Positions 1 to 13,211 of a stretch of DNA of 64,000 nucleotides are shown here, one piece after another. The translations under genes were made by a program, and so were the position numbers. Below the pieces are notes generated by a model. It was not told the origin of the DNA and did not search any database. It saw nothing but the letters and a program-made list of their open reading frames with translations. The stretch spans positions 21,696,287 through 21,760,286 of the forward strand of contig NC_057742.1 of the NCBI RefSeq assembly GCF_004010195.1, in the 5' to 3' direction. Numbering within the stretch: position 1 is the first letter of the stretch; every line of letters starts with the position of its first letter. The stretch comes from Chiloscyllium plagiosum (Eukaryota).

Positions 1-1100
1 ACAGCCATTCCTGTCCCTGCTCTATCCATGTCTCTGTAATGGCCACAACATCGAAGTCGCAGGTACCAACCCACGCTGCCAGTTCACCCACTTTATTTCG
101 GATGCTCCTCGCGTTGAAGTATACACACTTCAAACCAGGTTCTCGCTTGCCAGTGTCAGATACTTGACTTTGGAACTCCCTTCTCTCATCCTCTTCTGTA
201 CCTGTCCTACAATTTTGGCTCCCATTCCCCCCTGCTGTATTAGTTTAAATCCACCTTAATAGCTTTAGCGAATTTCCCACCCAGGATATTGGTACCCCTC
301 TGGTTTAGATGAAGACCATCTTGCTTGTTGAGGTCCCACCTACCCCAGAAAGAGCTCCAATTATCCAAAAACCCAAAACCCTCCCTCCTGCACCATCCCT
401 GTAGCCACGTGTTCAACTCCTTTCTCTCCCTATTCCTCACCTCACTCGCACGTGGCACGGGCAGCAAACCAGAGAAAACAACTCTGTTTGTCCTAGCTTT
501 AAGCTTCCATCCTAGCTCCCTGAATTTCTGCCTCAAGTCCCCAACTCTCTTCCGACCTATGTCGTTGGTGCCAATGTGGACCACAACTTGAGGCTGCTCC
601 CCCTTCCCCCTAAGGATCCCAAAAACACGATCAGAGACATCACGGACCCTGACACCCAGGAGGCAACACACCAACCATGAGCCTCTCTCGTCCCCACAGA
701 ACCTCCTATCTGTCCCTCTAACTATCGAGTCCCCAATGACTACTGCTCTGCTCCTCTTCCCCTTCCCTTCTGAGCAGCAGGTGCCCCAACGCAACCACGC
801 AAATATAAACTGTTCTACTTACCCTTCCCAGACGTCCTTTGCTCGCTGGCCTGAAGGTAAGAAGTTTAAATATACTTATTGAGTCCCCAATGACTACTGC
901 TCTGCTCCTCTTCCCCTTCCCTTCTGAGCAGCAGGTGCCTCAACGCAACCACGCAAATATAAACTGTTCTACTTACCCTTCCCAGACGTCCTTTGCTCGC
1001 TGGCCTGAAGGTAAGAAGTTTAAATATACTTACCAGCCTTCCCGACAATCACCTCGCACCAACATCACCTCCTCCTGGCTCCCATCTCTTGCTGCTCTGA
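1..1100 (-). mobile_element. CR1-type LINE, 5' part: ORF1 SGNH/GDSL esterase domain and start of ORF2 endonuclease
   Basis: ORF 240-794 has VIGDSIVR, VVVHIGTND and DGLHLN esterase motifs. Minus strand of 1-130 reads CVYFNARSIRNKVGELAAWVGTCDFDVVAITETW (APE endonuclease N-terminus). Element continues beyond the window. Confidence 0.9.
727..1032. repeat. 154-bp tandem duplication in the CR1 5' region
   Basis: gagtccccaatgactactgc...aatatactta starts at 727 and again at 881, nearly identical. Confidence 0.92.
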
Positions 1101-1635
1101 GGTGGCTTAAATGGGCAGGCTTCTGAACTTGAATTGGTACTGCACAAATAATGGGATTTAGTCAGATGTGAATAATTAAAAGGGCAATGCACTTCCAGTT
1201 CAAAAGCCATGTGAATCCTTCGTTGACCTTTGAAAGGTCTGATCAGGAGATATAATAGAAACACTGCCAACCTGACTCATTCATCAAAACTATCATGATA
1301 TTCTTTCTACTCCACATAATTGTGAAGCTGAAACCGATAAATGTTAGAGTGAGCAGTGACCTGCTCTATTAATTTGTCAGATTTAATTTGTTAAACTTCA
1401 ACAATACCTAGTGGTGCCTTTTGAGTTTGACCTATTCCTGGAGTTTTGATCATTTGATCACATGATGACATTTAAACACAGGACACTTAATCACATATAT
1501 CACTGTTTGGTTCTTATTCACTGTTAAACTAAAATTCATGCAATAACATTTGTTGAGTACTTTAGTTTCATAAAGCCCCCAAATAAAATGAGGTAAGTTT
1601 TGTATTGTAGTAAGATGAATTACATAATTATAGAA

Positions 1636-2580
1636 CAACCATCTTCAGCAGCTTCATTAATCACTTTCCTTCTATTATAAGGTCAAAAGTGGGGATGTTT
1701 ATTGATGACTGCACAATGTTCAGCACTATTTCCAACTCCACTGATACTGAACCAGTTCATACCCAAATACAGCAAGCCATGGACAATATCCAGATTTGGG
1801 CTGACAAGCAGAAAGCAATATTCACACCACATAGGTGCCAGGTAATGATTGTCTCGAACATGAGAGAATCTAACCATCTTTGACATTTGATGATGGCATT
1901 ATCATCACTAAAGTCCCAACTCTCAACATTCTTGGGATTGCTGTTGATAAGAAACTGAAATGGACTGGGCGTATAATGCTGTGACTACAAGAACAGGTCA
2001 GAAGCTAGGGATCATGCCTTGTATAACTCACCTCCGAATTCCCTAAAGTCTGCCTACCACCTGCAAGGCATAAGTCAGGAAGAGTGCTGGAATACTCCCC
2101 ATTTTCCTGGATCAGGGCATCTCCCATAGCACTCAAGAACCTTGACACATCCAGGACAAAGCAATCAGCTTGATCAGCACCAACATCAACAAATGCACAG
2201 TAGCAGCAATGTCAACCATCTATACAATGTACTGCAGCAATTCAACAAGGCTTCTTAGACAGCGCCTTCCAAATATATGATCATGACCATATCGAAGGAC
2301 AGGGGCAGGTGATGTCCCCATGTAAATTCTCCTCCCCATGTAAATTCTCCTCCAAGTCATTTACCATACTGAGTTGGAAATACATTACTGTTCATTCAGT
2401 GTTGCTGGATCAAAGTCCAGGAACTCCCTCCCTCCCTTGCGGCATTTTGGGTCTACATGCAGCACATGGAACTGCAGCTGTTTAAGAAGTAGTTCACCAG
2501 CACCTTCTCCAGAACAGCTAAGGTTGGGAAATAAATTCTGGCCGATCCAGTAATATCCACATCCCAACGAACAAATAAAA
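1636..2580 (+). mobile_element. Decayed LINE (L2/CR1 clade) RT 3' end
   Basis: FS.FIN.LP, GMFIDDCTMF (YADD-like) and IQIWADK remnants. 3' tail ...ccacatcccaacgaacaaataaaa. Confidence 0.75.
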
Positions 2581-3836
2581 AGAAGTTCAAAGGAAGAACA
2601 ACAAAGATGGGTTTAACAATAACCAGTCTGCCAATAAAAACTACTTCTATAGTGCAACTCTATATTTGATCACATTAAGAAGTATCAAGTAAATACCACT
2701 TATTCAACAGGAACATCGCAAAGTCAGAATCAAAGCAGTTTTGGGGAAATGTAGAAGCTGAATCAGACCGAGTTTAATGGAAGAAGAAAGTAGGGGAGAT
2801 TGATTATTGAAATCATGCTAAATTAGGAAAGAATTCACGAAGGCTGTAAACTGTGAGACTCATCTAGAGAAAAATCATAAAGCAATGGATTTTATATTCA
2901 GCAGTGCCACAGATACTACAGATCGCCAAGAGAAATCTATAAAGAGAATGGGATTAATTTTACAGAGCTGTAGGCACTGCAATTTATTGTGTAAAGCTTT
3001 CAAGGGAGGTCGAATTGTCTTTAAAGCCATTGGCAGCTGGATTTGTTTATTAAAGACATTAAACAGGATGGAAATCATTTAATGGGCTTCAAAAGACAGA
3101 TATCATCCATCTTGATCATTAAAAAAAGGAATAATTTACTCCAGTTGTCAAGAGGAAATTTTCATTTTGAGAACGCAAGCATAGAGAAAACCCAATAGTA
3201 CAGCAGCCCAAAAGCAGCACCATTGATGTACTGCAGCAATATTAGCTTTAAAGGCAAGGAGAATGAAGCAGTAAATGGATCATATCTGCTGTAAACAAGT
3301 TATGAGCCGAATCTCACACTAATGACTGACAGCTGCAAGGCCGTTTTAAAATGCTGACTTTGTTTAACTGTAAGGCTTGGCTAATGACTGCTCAGTGATT
3401 TCTCATTCCAGTTGCTTGAGCCCGAGTGAAAAGGTGGGTGGTTGTTTGGTCTATTTTGTTTTACCCCTCAGAGGGAGATTGGAGGAGGGTCAGGGAGATG
3501 AAACGAAAGTTAAAGGAGCAGAAAAGGTTCATTTCAGAGAAAGGGGGGGAACAGGGAAGGGGACGAGGGACACTCAACTCATTTCACTCTTGCTACAACT
3601 GCAGCAACTCGCCTCCAATGCCCTCAGCCTGGCTTGTTCAACAATTGAAGTTTCCCCTTCCTGCTCAACAACGTTTAGACCTCTGCAAAGTTCCACCTCA
3701 GGTCACACAAAGTCTGAGACATGAAAATGAGCTGATACCGGAGAAAGCTTTGGCAAGCACTGACCTAGTGTTAAGACATTAGACCAAGTGAGCTCTGTAG
3801 ATCCCAAAATAAAAGGAGGATGGTGGTAGCAAGTCT

Positions 3837-3846
3837 CTATTTATAG
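3837..3846. promoter_or_regulatory. Perfect MEF2 site overlapping a minus-strand TATA box
   Basis: CTATTTATAG matches CTA(A/T)4TAG; the reverse strand reads CTATAAATAG. Confidence 0.35.
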
Positions 3847-5450
3847 GAGCCAAATGCCAAATAGCTCGTTCAGCCAGATGAACAGTGGTGACTTTCATCT
3901 TACAACAATAATAAACCAACTAACTAAAATGTGTCTTGGACCAGTCACAAGGCTGTTCAATTCATTGCATCGATCTCCCATTTTCCAGGTTCTTCCCTGT
4001 CTAAATACAAGAACTTCCCAAACTACTTTGTATAATTCCGCAGAAGATCTTTTTTACTGATGGCTAAAACAAGGGTGATCCTCCAGTACATATAAATGTT
4101 GATAATAAGTGACAAGAATAAAATAATGTCTTCCAAATAAAGACACGGCAGCATTTGACAATGAGGGCAGGTAACAATCATCCACCCAGTTTGTCACATT
4201 CAACTGAGAAGCTTCACAATATAAGACTCCTGAGCTATCTTCCCTTAAAGATGCTTGATCATGCAGCAACTCAAAAGTTCCCAAGAGGGTGACAGGCATT
4301 GGTCCAATCCCCATGCCAAAGAATTCAAAGGAGCCAGATGTAAGGAGCTTACCTGAACACTCAAAACAGAAGAGCAAAGAACTGCCCAGGCCAATTTGAA
4401 CTCTTTGAGAAGCAAAAACCTGAATTAAAAACCCAGGCTGTGGAGAGGGAAATTTCCTCTTTGACTATTTTAGGTGATCAAAATTAGTCCCAAAAATCAC
4501 TCCGGCCATTAATGACTTTATACAGAATCTGTCATATCAAGGAGTTGAGTACTATCCTGACCAGAGATGCATCTGGATTGTGCATAAAGAAATTAGCATT
4601 CGTCATACAACCTGACTCCTACAACACAGATCGAAAGCCAGAATGTATCCATCCTTTACAAACAATTCTAAAACAGTGTAACAAACCAATATGTCAGCTT
4701 AGAGAAGGTGAACATTCCATTACAAATCAAGTTTCACGTAGTATTTCCAAATCTCTTTCCTTACTTTCCCTTTCTACATTTCAGGTACTGATTTTCATAT
4801 TTTGCTTCTAAGCTTCACAAATTTGGCAGCCCAATGTCTACATCCTTCATACACAATAAACGGAAGGAAAATAATAAGGAGTGGGGCCAAAATTCAGGAA
4901 ATTCAAAGGGTGCCAAAAACCTTTCTGAAACCAGTACATTGTGTGAATAGAAAATCAATTTAACATTGACTTTATTCTGGTTTTCAGGCTGTGATATTAA
5001 TAAGTAGAATGTAATTTTTTTATGTTAAAATTCTTAGTAAGGTAGAAAACTCCTCATTCAATTCTTTCTCGTCATTTTGTTAAACTTTAAATTCCCCAAG
5101 CAAATCCCAGCTTTCCAGAAGGATTGAATAGAGAATTAAAATACAAGATGAGAAAAGAAATCATTGAAGTATAAATTTAATACATTAAATCCATTTCTTC
5201 CACAGGACTAGGGTTTTATTCCATTCCCTTTGAATAGGTGGCCAGCCCGAGAAGTAAATCAAGCCAGAAGTCACAGAAACTAATGAGTCTGATATCCTGC
5301 TCGAGATACACTTGAGCAGTTCCTCTCACATGACATTTATTGAGTATAACTAATATATGAAGATCTATGTAGGGAGATTTATACAGCTTATTTAAACAAA
5401 TGACTAGTTTGAGAGATTTAATCAGCTGTATTTGCAATGTAAAGTAGCTC

Positions 5451-5539
5451 TAAGTTTGCTAGAGGTACAGTTACCCCTGTAAGTTTGCTAGAGGTACTGT
5501 TACCCCTGTAAGTTTGCTAGAGGTACAGTTACCCTTGTA
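5451..5539. repeat. 29-bp tandem repeat x3
   Basis: taagtttgctagaggtacagttacccctg at 5451, 5480 and 5509. Confidence 0.92.
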
Positions 5540-5729
5540 TGAATGTATCTTGAAATAGTGAAGTGAGAAATGATTTGCCATCTCATCCTAAACATCTCTT
5601 GGGTTTCATTGAATATTTTGGACATCCAAAAGTATAAATATAAAGGAATTCATCCTTGTGTTTAGGGTTCTATACCATGCCCTGGGGGATAAGTTCTTTG
5701 ACACAGTTACAATTGCAAGAGTTCCCTGA

Positions 5730-5895
5730 ATCGAGAGTGTGTTTTGGGCATAAGCCCATCCATCATCCTGATGAAGAGTTTATGCCCGAAACATCAATTC
5801 TCCTGCTCCTTGGGTGCTGCCTGACCAGCTGTGCTTTTCCAGCATCATACTCTTGACTCTGATCCCCAGCTTCTGCAGTCCTCACTTTCTCCCAG
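5730..5895 (+). mobile_element. Short Penelope-derived (family A) element with degenerate hammerhead motif
   Basis: cctgatgaagagtttatgcccgaaacatc...tgctgcctgaccagctgtgcttttccagc...ctgcagtcctcactttctcc; same family as 49152. Confidence 0.8.
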
Positions 5896-6095
5896 AGCTC
5901 TATGAATGCTGAACTAATTAAATTCGAGGTCAGAAAATAGAAGAGGCGGGAAGTCTGCATGTGAAACTCAAAACTGCCATTTTATCCAAGTTAAAAATTT
6001 TAAAGTATTAAAAACATTTAAAAATATGAGGTCACATCAGTGTAAATTGCCAATATGAAAACAGTGCAAAGGGAATGGTTAAATGTCAGGTCGAA

Positions 6096-6109
6096 CCAGC
6101 AGATGGCAG
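6096..6109 (+). promoter_or_regulatory. CTCF-like motif
   Basis: CCAGCAGATGGCAG fits CCASYAGRKGGCRS, in repeat-free sequence. Confidence 0.35.
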
Positions 6110-7079
6110 AATACAGCTAAGGAGGGTGGTTTTGGCACACCATCCTCCTGTAATTAATTATAAATTGCAGCAGTGATCACCGACCAAGGCGAATTACATG
6201 TTGTTAATCATTTTTCTTTTAGAAAGCAAAAATTGTCCAGTAATTGATTTATAAAAAACAGTTTTCTGTTCAAGTTTATCATACATTTTAATTAAAAACC
6301 ATATTGCATCCAATTATGTTCAAATGTTGCTGGGACGATCATGTCATCCAACATGTAGCCTTTTAATTACCATATTACTCAAAATATATTACTGTGATGT
6401 TGCTATGCTTCACAGACCTTACTTCTAATATCCCAATGCTGAAAAGGCAATGAATTTCCATTCTATTTCCAAGGCATTTGAAAATAAAAAAATGACAGTA
6501 ATCTAGTAAGATGAGTCAATCATTTTGCCAGTTCTGGTAATAGAATTGTAACATATTGTGAACTAAAGTAATGATCTAAATGGTGGTAAAATAGCACGTG
6601 AATGAAATCTGCTTTAAATAAAAAGCTTCATTAAAATATCTGAGATCTGTGCAAAAATTGCATTTCATCATAAGTGCCACCATATAAAGGTGAGATAAAG
6701 AGCACAAGAATCAAGATCATTACCGAGGCAATTTCATTAAACAAGCTTGTCACAAACATTTGCAATTTATTTAAAAAGAAATCAATTGAAATAAATTAAT
6801 GTAATTAAATTTAGAACAGTTATGAGATTCAAATGATTGGTTTTTTTTAGTTAGCTCAAAATGGGCAATCAACGCATGCAACCATTAACCTTCATTCACA
6901 AAAACAGAAATTACTGGGAAAACTCAGCAAGTCTGGCAGCACCTGTGGAGAGAAATCAGAGTTAACGTTTTGAGTTGAGTGACCTTTCCTCCGAACTTTC
7001 ATTCTTTGCTGTGGGTGTTGCATCCAATCACTTTAGATAAATGTGAGATGCTGCATTTTGGAAAGGCAGGACTTATACA

Positions 7080-7239
7080 TGGAGCAGGAGAATCGACCTT
7101 TCGGGCATAAGCCCTTCATCAGGAACTTATGTCCAAAACGTCAATTCTCCTGCTCCTCAAATGCTGCCTGACTTGCTGTGCTTTTCCAACACCACACTCT
7201 CGACTCTGATCTCCAGCATGTGCGGTCCTCACTTTCTGC
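7080..7239. mobile_element. Family A mini-element with 13-bp TSD
   Basis: Flanked by caggacttataca at 7067-7079 and 7240-7252. Hammerhead-like core on the minus strand at 7095-7122. Confidence 0.85.
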
Positions 7240-7534
7240 CAGGACTTATACACTTAATGGTAAGGTCCTGGGGAGTGTTGCTGAACAAAGAGACCTTGGA
7301 ATGCAGGTTCTTAGTTCCTTGAAAGTGGAGTTACAGGTGGATAGGTTAGTGAAGAAGGCATTTGATATGCTTTCCTTTATTGGTCAGAGCGTTGAGTAAA
7401 GAAGTTGGAAGATCATGTTGCAGCTCTACAGGGCATTAGTTTGGCCACTTTTGGAATATTGTGTGCAATTCTGGTCTCCCATCTACTTGAAGGATGTTGT
7501 GAAACTTGAAAAGGTTTAGAAAAGATTTCCAAGG

Positions 7535-8443
7535 ATTAGCGAGTTTTGAGAAGATTTGTAGCTCAGGTTGAGGTTCTGGATGTAGGTTTGCTTGCTGAAC
7601 TGGAAGGTTCGTTTTCAGATGTTTTGTCACCATACGAGGTAATATCTTCAGTGAGCCTCCAGATGAAGCACTGGTGGTATAGCCTGCTTTCTATTTATGT
7701 GTTTAGGTTTCCTTGGGTTGACGATATAATTTTCTGTGATAATGTCATTTCCTATGGTGATGCCATTTCTTGCTCTTTTTCTCAGGGAGTGGTAAATGTT
7801 GTCCAAGTCAATGTGTTTGTTGATAGAGTTCCGGTTGGAATACCATGCTTCTAGGAATTCGCGTGCATGCCTCTGTTTGGCTTGTCCTAGGATGGATGTG
7901 TTGTTCCAGTCGAAGTGGTGTCCTTCCTCGTCTGTATGTAAGGATACTAGTGATAGTGGGTTATGTCTTTTTGTGGCTAGTTGATGTTCATGTATCCTGT
8001 TCATGGCTAGTTTTCTAGAAAAGAACACGAGCCACCAGGATATATGAACACCAACTAGGCACAAAACAACATGACCCTCTCTCACATACAGATGCAGAAG
8101 GACACCACTTTGACTGGGACAACACATCCATCCTAGGACAAGCCAAACAGAGACATGCACAAGAATTCCTAGAAATATGGAATTCCAACTGGAACTCTAT
8201 AAACAAACACATTGACTTGGATCCCATTTACCACCCACTGAGAAAAAGAACAGGGAAATGGCATTACCACGGGAAATGACATCACCACAGGAACTGATAT
8301 CACTAACTGAAGGAAACCTAAACAAATAAATAGAAAGTGGGCCATACCACCAATGTTTCAGCTGGAGGCTCACTGATGATGTTACCTAATATGGTGACAA
8401 AACATCTGAAAATGAACCTTCCAGCTCAGCGAGCAAGTCTGCA
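7535..8443. mobile_element. Penelope-like (Poseidon-type) element with inverted 3' ends
   Basis: GIY-YIG C-terminal remnant RIHEHQLATKRH...AREFLEAW on both strands (inverted copies). TSD atttccaagg at 7525-7534 and 8444-8453. Confidence 0.88.
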
Positions 8444-11194
8444 ATTTCCAAGGGTGTTGCCAGGGTTGAAGGGTTTGAGTTAAAGGGAGAGGCTGATAAG
8501 ACTGGGGCTGTTTTCTCTGGAGTATCAGAGGCTAGGGAGTGACCTTATAGAGATTTATAACATCTTGAGGGACATGGATAGGGTAAATTGAAAAGGTCTT
8601 TTCCCTGGAGTGGGTGAGCCCAGAACTCAAGGGCATAGGTTTCGGGTGAGAGTGGAAATATTTAGAAGAGACCTAATGGGCAATGTTTTCATGCAGAGGG
8701 TGGTGTATGTATGAAATGAGCTGCCAAAGGAAGTGGTGGAGGCTGGTACAATTACAACTTTTAAAAGGCATCTGGATGGGTATACAAATAGGAAGTGTTT
8801 CAAGGGATATGGACCATGTGCTGCCAAATGGAACTAGATTAGGTTAGGATATCTGGTTGTCATGGACGAGTTTGACCGAAGGGTCAGTGCATCTCTATGA
8901 CTCTATCATTTAACTCCAATTCAGGATACAAGAATGGCACTGAGGATACCCAAACCCAAACTGTTAAAATTGACATCTGCTGTGGAATGTTAACATTTTT
9001 TTCGAGGATGGTATGAAGAACAACTGGGAAGAAAAGGGGGTCGGGAGTTGGTGATGTTCTGGACTGATGTGGGTGGAGAAGATATGTACTGCTGAATATG
9101 TTGTTCAAAGTTAATTTTGCTTCTCTCTTGGTCAACATTTCCCGCTTCCTTATTGTTGACAGTGTTAGATGGTGCAACACGTATCATTTTTTTCAGACTG
9201 ATGGTCAAGATCAACCACTCAGAGCTGAGATGTATCACTGATAATACATGGTGAATCTTATCCTTATCCTGTTCCAGAATTAGGTTTTCAATACAGCTTA
9301 TTGCCTGGTAAACCTTGGAGCTCTAATCTTTCCTCACGTAAGAAATCAATATCTTGTCTCTTGTCTCCATCTTTTGGCGATTTGAGTGTTTCTTTTGTAT
9401 CTTAAGTTGGACACAATTTTCAAACACGGTCTCATCAGAGCTGGTTAAACAAGCTCAAGAGTGTATTGTACCATCATAGTTATATTATACAAGTATTCAA
9501 TTTTCTTTATTAAATGCCTAACAGTTATTGGATAGGATACACTTTTGTCTTTATTGTGTCTGAAGGACTTTGTTTCCAAATATAACAAAAATAAAATTGT
9601 GCTTCTTACAGTACTACTTTGGGAATTCTCAAAATGAGTTGCTCTGAGCTTGTGGCTGCAGTAGTCACATGGTGACTGCAATCAGAGAAAGGGCACTGTC
9701 CCATATAACATCTTGGTATGATCATGGACGGATATGTATTTAAAACAAAGCAAAACAATTCAATTGTGATCTTAAACAGTTCAAAATCAGATGTTGTGCA
9801 GGGATACTGTGGGTGGTGAAAGTAGGGGTGTGGGAGTGTGGCGAGATGGGGAGATGAGAAACAAGGAAATGAAAGATAACAGCCTTTTCACCATGAACTC
9901 CATCCCATAACTAATAACACTGGCTGCTGTTGCCTACTGGGAAAGATTTGAGTAATCCAAAATTTGTGTAAATCCAAGCCCTTTGTGATAGCACTGTCTT
10001 GTGGCCATTTAGAGAAGAAACTGGTTCTCTTTGGAGTTGATTATATGTCTGTTGCGCACTCCATTTTAGTCTGTCCTGCAAGGATATCACAGCGTGATAC
10101 CAAAAGTCAGCAAAGCTCAATCAATGAGAGTCAACCAGAAAAATAATCTTGATTAAATCATGCAAAATGCTCCCCAGAGAAGAAATTCCTCCCCATCTCT
10201 ATCAGAAATGTGAGACACATAGTATTAACACTTTGCCACCTCGGTGACCCCAGAAATTTGCTCTCAGAATTTACCCTTCCTCATATTTCGATATTTCAAT
10301 AAGTATAAGTCCAAATGGCTCAAACTCCCTCAACAAAACAGCCCTTCATTGTTTTTCCAAGTCTATTAATAACCCCAGATCTCTTTCTAACTCCACCTTT
10401 AACTATACAATACATGGAGTATCAATGTCACTCATCGTTTCTTCTTATTGCTAATTTTAAAATTTCATGCGTCACTTCCCAACTTACTTATATAGTTTGT
10501 TAAATCTGGGTTTTGTAGATCTTGGGTTACCACTTCAGGTTGTATTCAGAGACTGATTCAAAGCAACTAATATAAATTAAATGGAACAGTGACCCAATAC
10601 TGATGAACGGAACACGGACAACCTTTGTCATTCTGACTAAATTACTGTCACATGTGCCTATGCCTCCTTTCCTTAACTTAGAAATAAGACCATAAGTTGT
10701 ATCTTTTGAAAAGACTAGGGACAATCAGCAAATTACTGGTTGTTATTTTCCCGTTGCCCTTTGCTTAAGTTGATCATATTATTCTTACTTTGAAATAGTG
10801 CAACATGTTAAAGCTGGTTTCATCTGGACAGCCACCAAAAGGATCTATTGGTCCAAGAACATGAATGAAGTACAGGAGACCAAAATAGACCTTGGCAGAT
10901 GCATGTACTCTGAAAGTTGAGCCAGATATGCAACCATTTACTAGGTGCCAATTGGAAAGACCTGGAGGAAAGTCAATTTCTTTCCTGAGAGAAAGCGAGA
11001 CCATTAAGTTGGTCAACATAGGCCATTTGTAGGCCTTGTAGCTGTCTTGTAGAACAGGAATTGCAGGGGCTGGAGTGGATTATCTTTTCCTCAGTTGGTG
11101 AATGAAGTAAAAATACTTTTTCTTAAAGAAAGTTGAGATTGAAAGAACAACTATTATGAAGAATTTAAATTGTAAACGGGGAGGGAGGGGGAAA

Positions 11195-11372
11195 CTAGGA
11201 ATCCTCCAACCACAAGGGATGAATGCAGATTTCTCCAGATTCCTCATTTCCCCTCCCCCCCACCTTATCTCAGTCCCTACCCTTGGACTCAGCACCACCA
11301 CGTCGATTCTCCTGTTCCTTGGATGCTGCCTGACCTGCTGCGCTTTTCCAGCAACACATTTTTCAGCTCTTG
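11195..11372 (+). mobile_element. Neptune-type Penelope 3' remnant (family A)
   Basis: LGILQPQGMNADFS endonuclease C-terminus followed by the family A terminus gattctcctgttccttggatgctgcctgacc. Confidence 0.75.
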
Positions 11373-11879
11373 ACACTAAAAGGGATAACAAAGACAGAAA
11401 TTGCTGGAGAAACCCAGTAGATCTGGCAGCATCAACGGAGAGAAAGCAGAGTTAATGTTTCAGATTCAGTCACCTTTCTTTGGAAGAGGCATTATCCTTT
11501 GCTTTTTTTTTCAAAAAAGGGCAAGATTGATGCTAAATATTGTCAGACCTAGGTAGATCAGAAAAGATAAGAAAGGAAATTGAGAAGGAGAATTGGCAAT
11601 AATGAATAGAGAGAATATTGGAGTACTGGAGACAGAGATGTCCTAGAGAGAGATTGAAGATAATTTCTTAGTTAGAGCTTAGAAAAAATAGAGGCTAAAG
11701 GGCAGAGAGAGGCTAAAAAGAGTGCATTCATTAGAATTTTTGGGATCATACATTTGCAACACAGCTAGAAAGGAGAAATTGCAGGTTCTGAATTGGGAAA
11801 ATGAGTTGTGTTAAGCAGAACAAATGCCAGTTGAGAAACATTAAATAGGCTATGATCATAATATCAAAAAAGCTAATTT

Positions 11880-13200
11880 AGCGCTGGTATAATCCTTGTC
11901 CTTTCCCATACTTAAAATAACTAATTGGGAAAGGGTCAATGTCAGCCAAATTCAAATGAGTTGGCCCACATAAATTGGCAACAAAGTGTGGTGCTTAAAA
12001 CTGCAAAGTAAAAAAACAGGCTGTGTTCAAACAGGAAGCACTTGAGTAAAATCAAAATATGTTTCCATGGGGGTAGGTGGAAAAGACAAAGCCAGAGTCA
12101 GCGAATGATATAAGAGAGAAGGAGAGATGAAATAGAGGAAGGATGTGTATAAAGGAAGTCAAGTTGATAATCCAGATGGGAATCAGGCTGAAAGTAGAAA
12201 GTTCAGTGGGTAGATGAGAAAAGAAAACAGGAGAAACAAAGGGAGTGCAGGGATGAAATAGCAGGTGACATGAAATGAAATACAGCAGTCTTCTGAAGGG
12301 AAGTAAATAGTAAAAGATTTGTTAAAAAGAGGAGTGGAGATGATTATGAATGAAAAGATGGCAAAGAGTATAGCAGAGGTAGTAAATTAATATTTTTCTT
12401 CTGTTTTACCCAGAGAAGTAGGTGTTGCCAAAGTCAGGAACATTAGAGCAGGAGTTAGTCATTCAGTGTCATGAGCTTGCTGTGTCATTCGAGCTGATCA
12501 GCTGCTTCAAACCATCCACAACACTTATACATCTTTAGCATCTAGAAATTTATCAATCTTGCTCAATGACTGAGCTTCCACAGCCCTTGGGATTAGAGAA
12601 TTCCAAAGATGCACTATCCTGAATGATAACATTTCTCCTTACCTCAGTTTGGCCTTATTCTGAAAGTGGATCTAGACACTCTAGCCAGAGAAAACATACT
12701 TTACGAAATTGTAAGTTTGAAGAAGTCACCCCTAATTCTTCTAAACTGTAGAGAATGCACCCAGTTTCCTCAATCTTTCTTCATAGCACTGTTCCACCAG
12801 GCAGGATTTAGTCAGATGAACTTCCAATGCACTTTCTCAATGAAGTATATCCTTTCTTGGATAAGGGGACTAAAACTCCAGGTGTGGTGTCACCAAAGTT
12901 CTATAGAATTGAACTAACATCTTTGTCTTCCTGATTATCTCCTGCACCACTATGTCAGCTTTCATTATGAAGAGTAAGTGGGTTCAGGTACTGGATATGC
13001 TCAAAATTGAGAAACAGAGATTATTAAAAACACTGGTAACATTTAAAATTGATAAGTCACCAGTGATTGAAGGTACTAAGGGGAATAAAGGAAGAGATTT
13101 CATAGGCACTGTTCAAAATCTTTAAATGCTTTGAAACAAAGTGAGCACCAGAGGACTGAAGAACTGTCTAATAAAAAGTACAAGGATAGGTCCAGAAACT
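11880..13200 (+). mobile_element. Highly degraded CR1 fragments, with an opposite-strand CR1 3' piece near 12440-12960
   Basis: FNWERVN, YFSSVF, DKSP and LKE...EI-like remnants. Confidence 0.55.
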
Positions 13201-13211
13201 GTAGTTGCATG

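Larger units (their letters stand above)
7030..8906 (+). mobile_element. CR1 LINE 3' fragment interrupted by two Penelope-type insertions
   Basis: RDLG.QV, RPLLEYCVQFWSP and RLRSDL.E.Y remnants; ends in the ctctatgactctat CR1 tail. Confidence 0.88.

Noticed and set aside
240-794. 184-aa ORF resembling a GDSL/SGNH lipase gene
   Set aside because: It is the CR1 ORF1 esterase domain, directly followed by the ORF2 endonuclease; not a host gene.
3377-3782. Plus-strand ORFs containing KRKLKE, reminiscent of the SAMD14 C-terminus expected by synteny
   Set aside because: Similarity is limited to 6 residues in a purine-rich tract; no SAM-domain exons or supporting exon chain were found.
4054-4377. 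Minus-strand ORF with a strong CAG/GTAAG donor near 4352
   Set aside because: No recognisable homology or matching acceptor and frame; an isolated splice-like word is insufficient.
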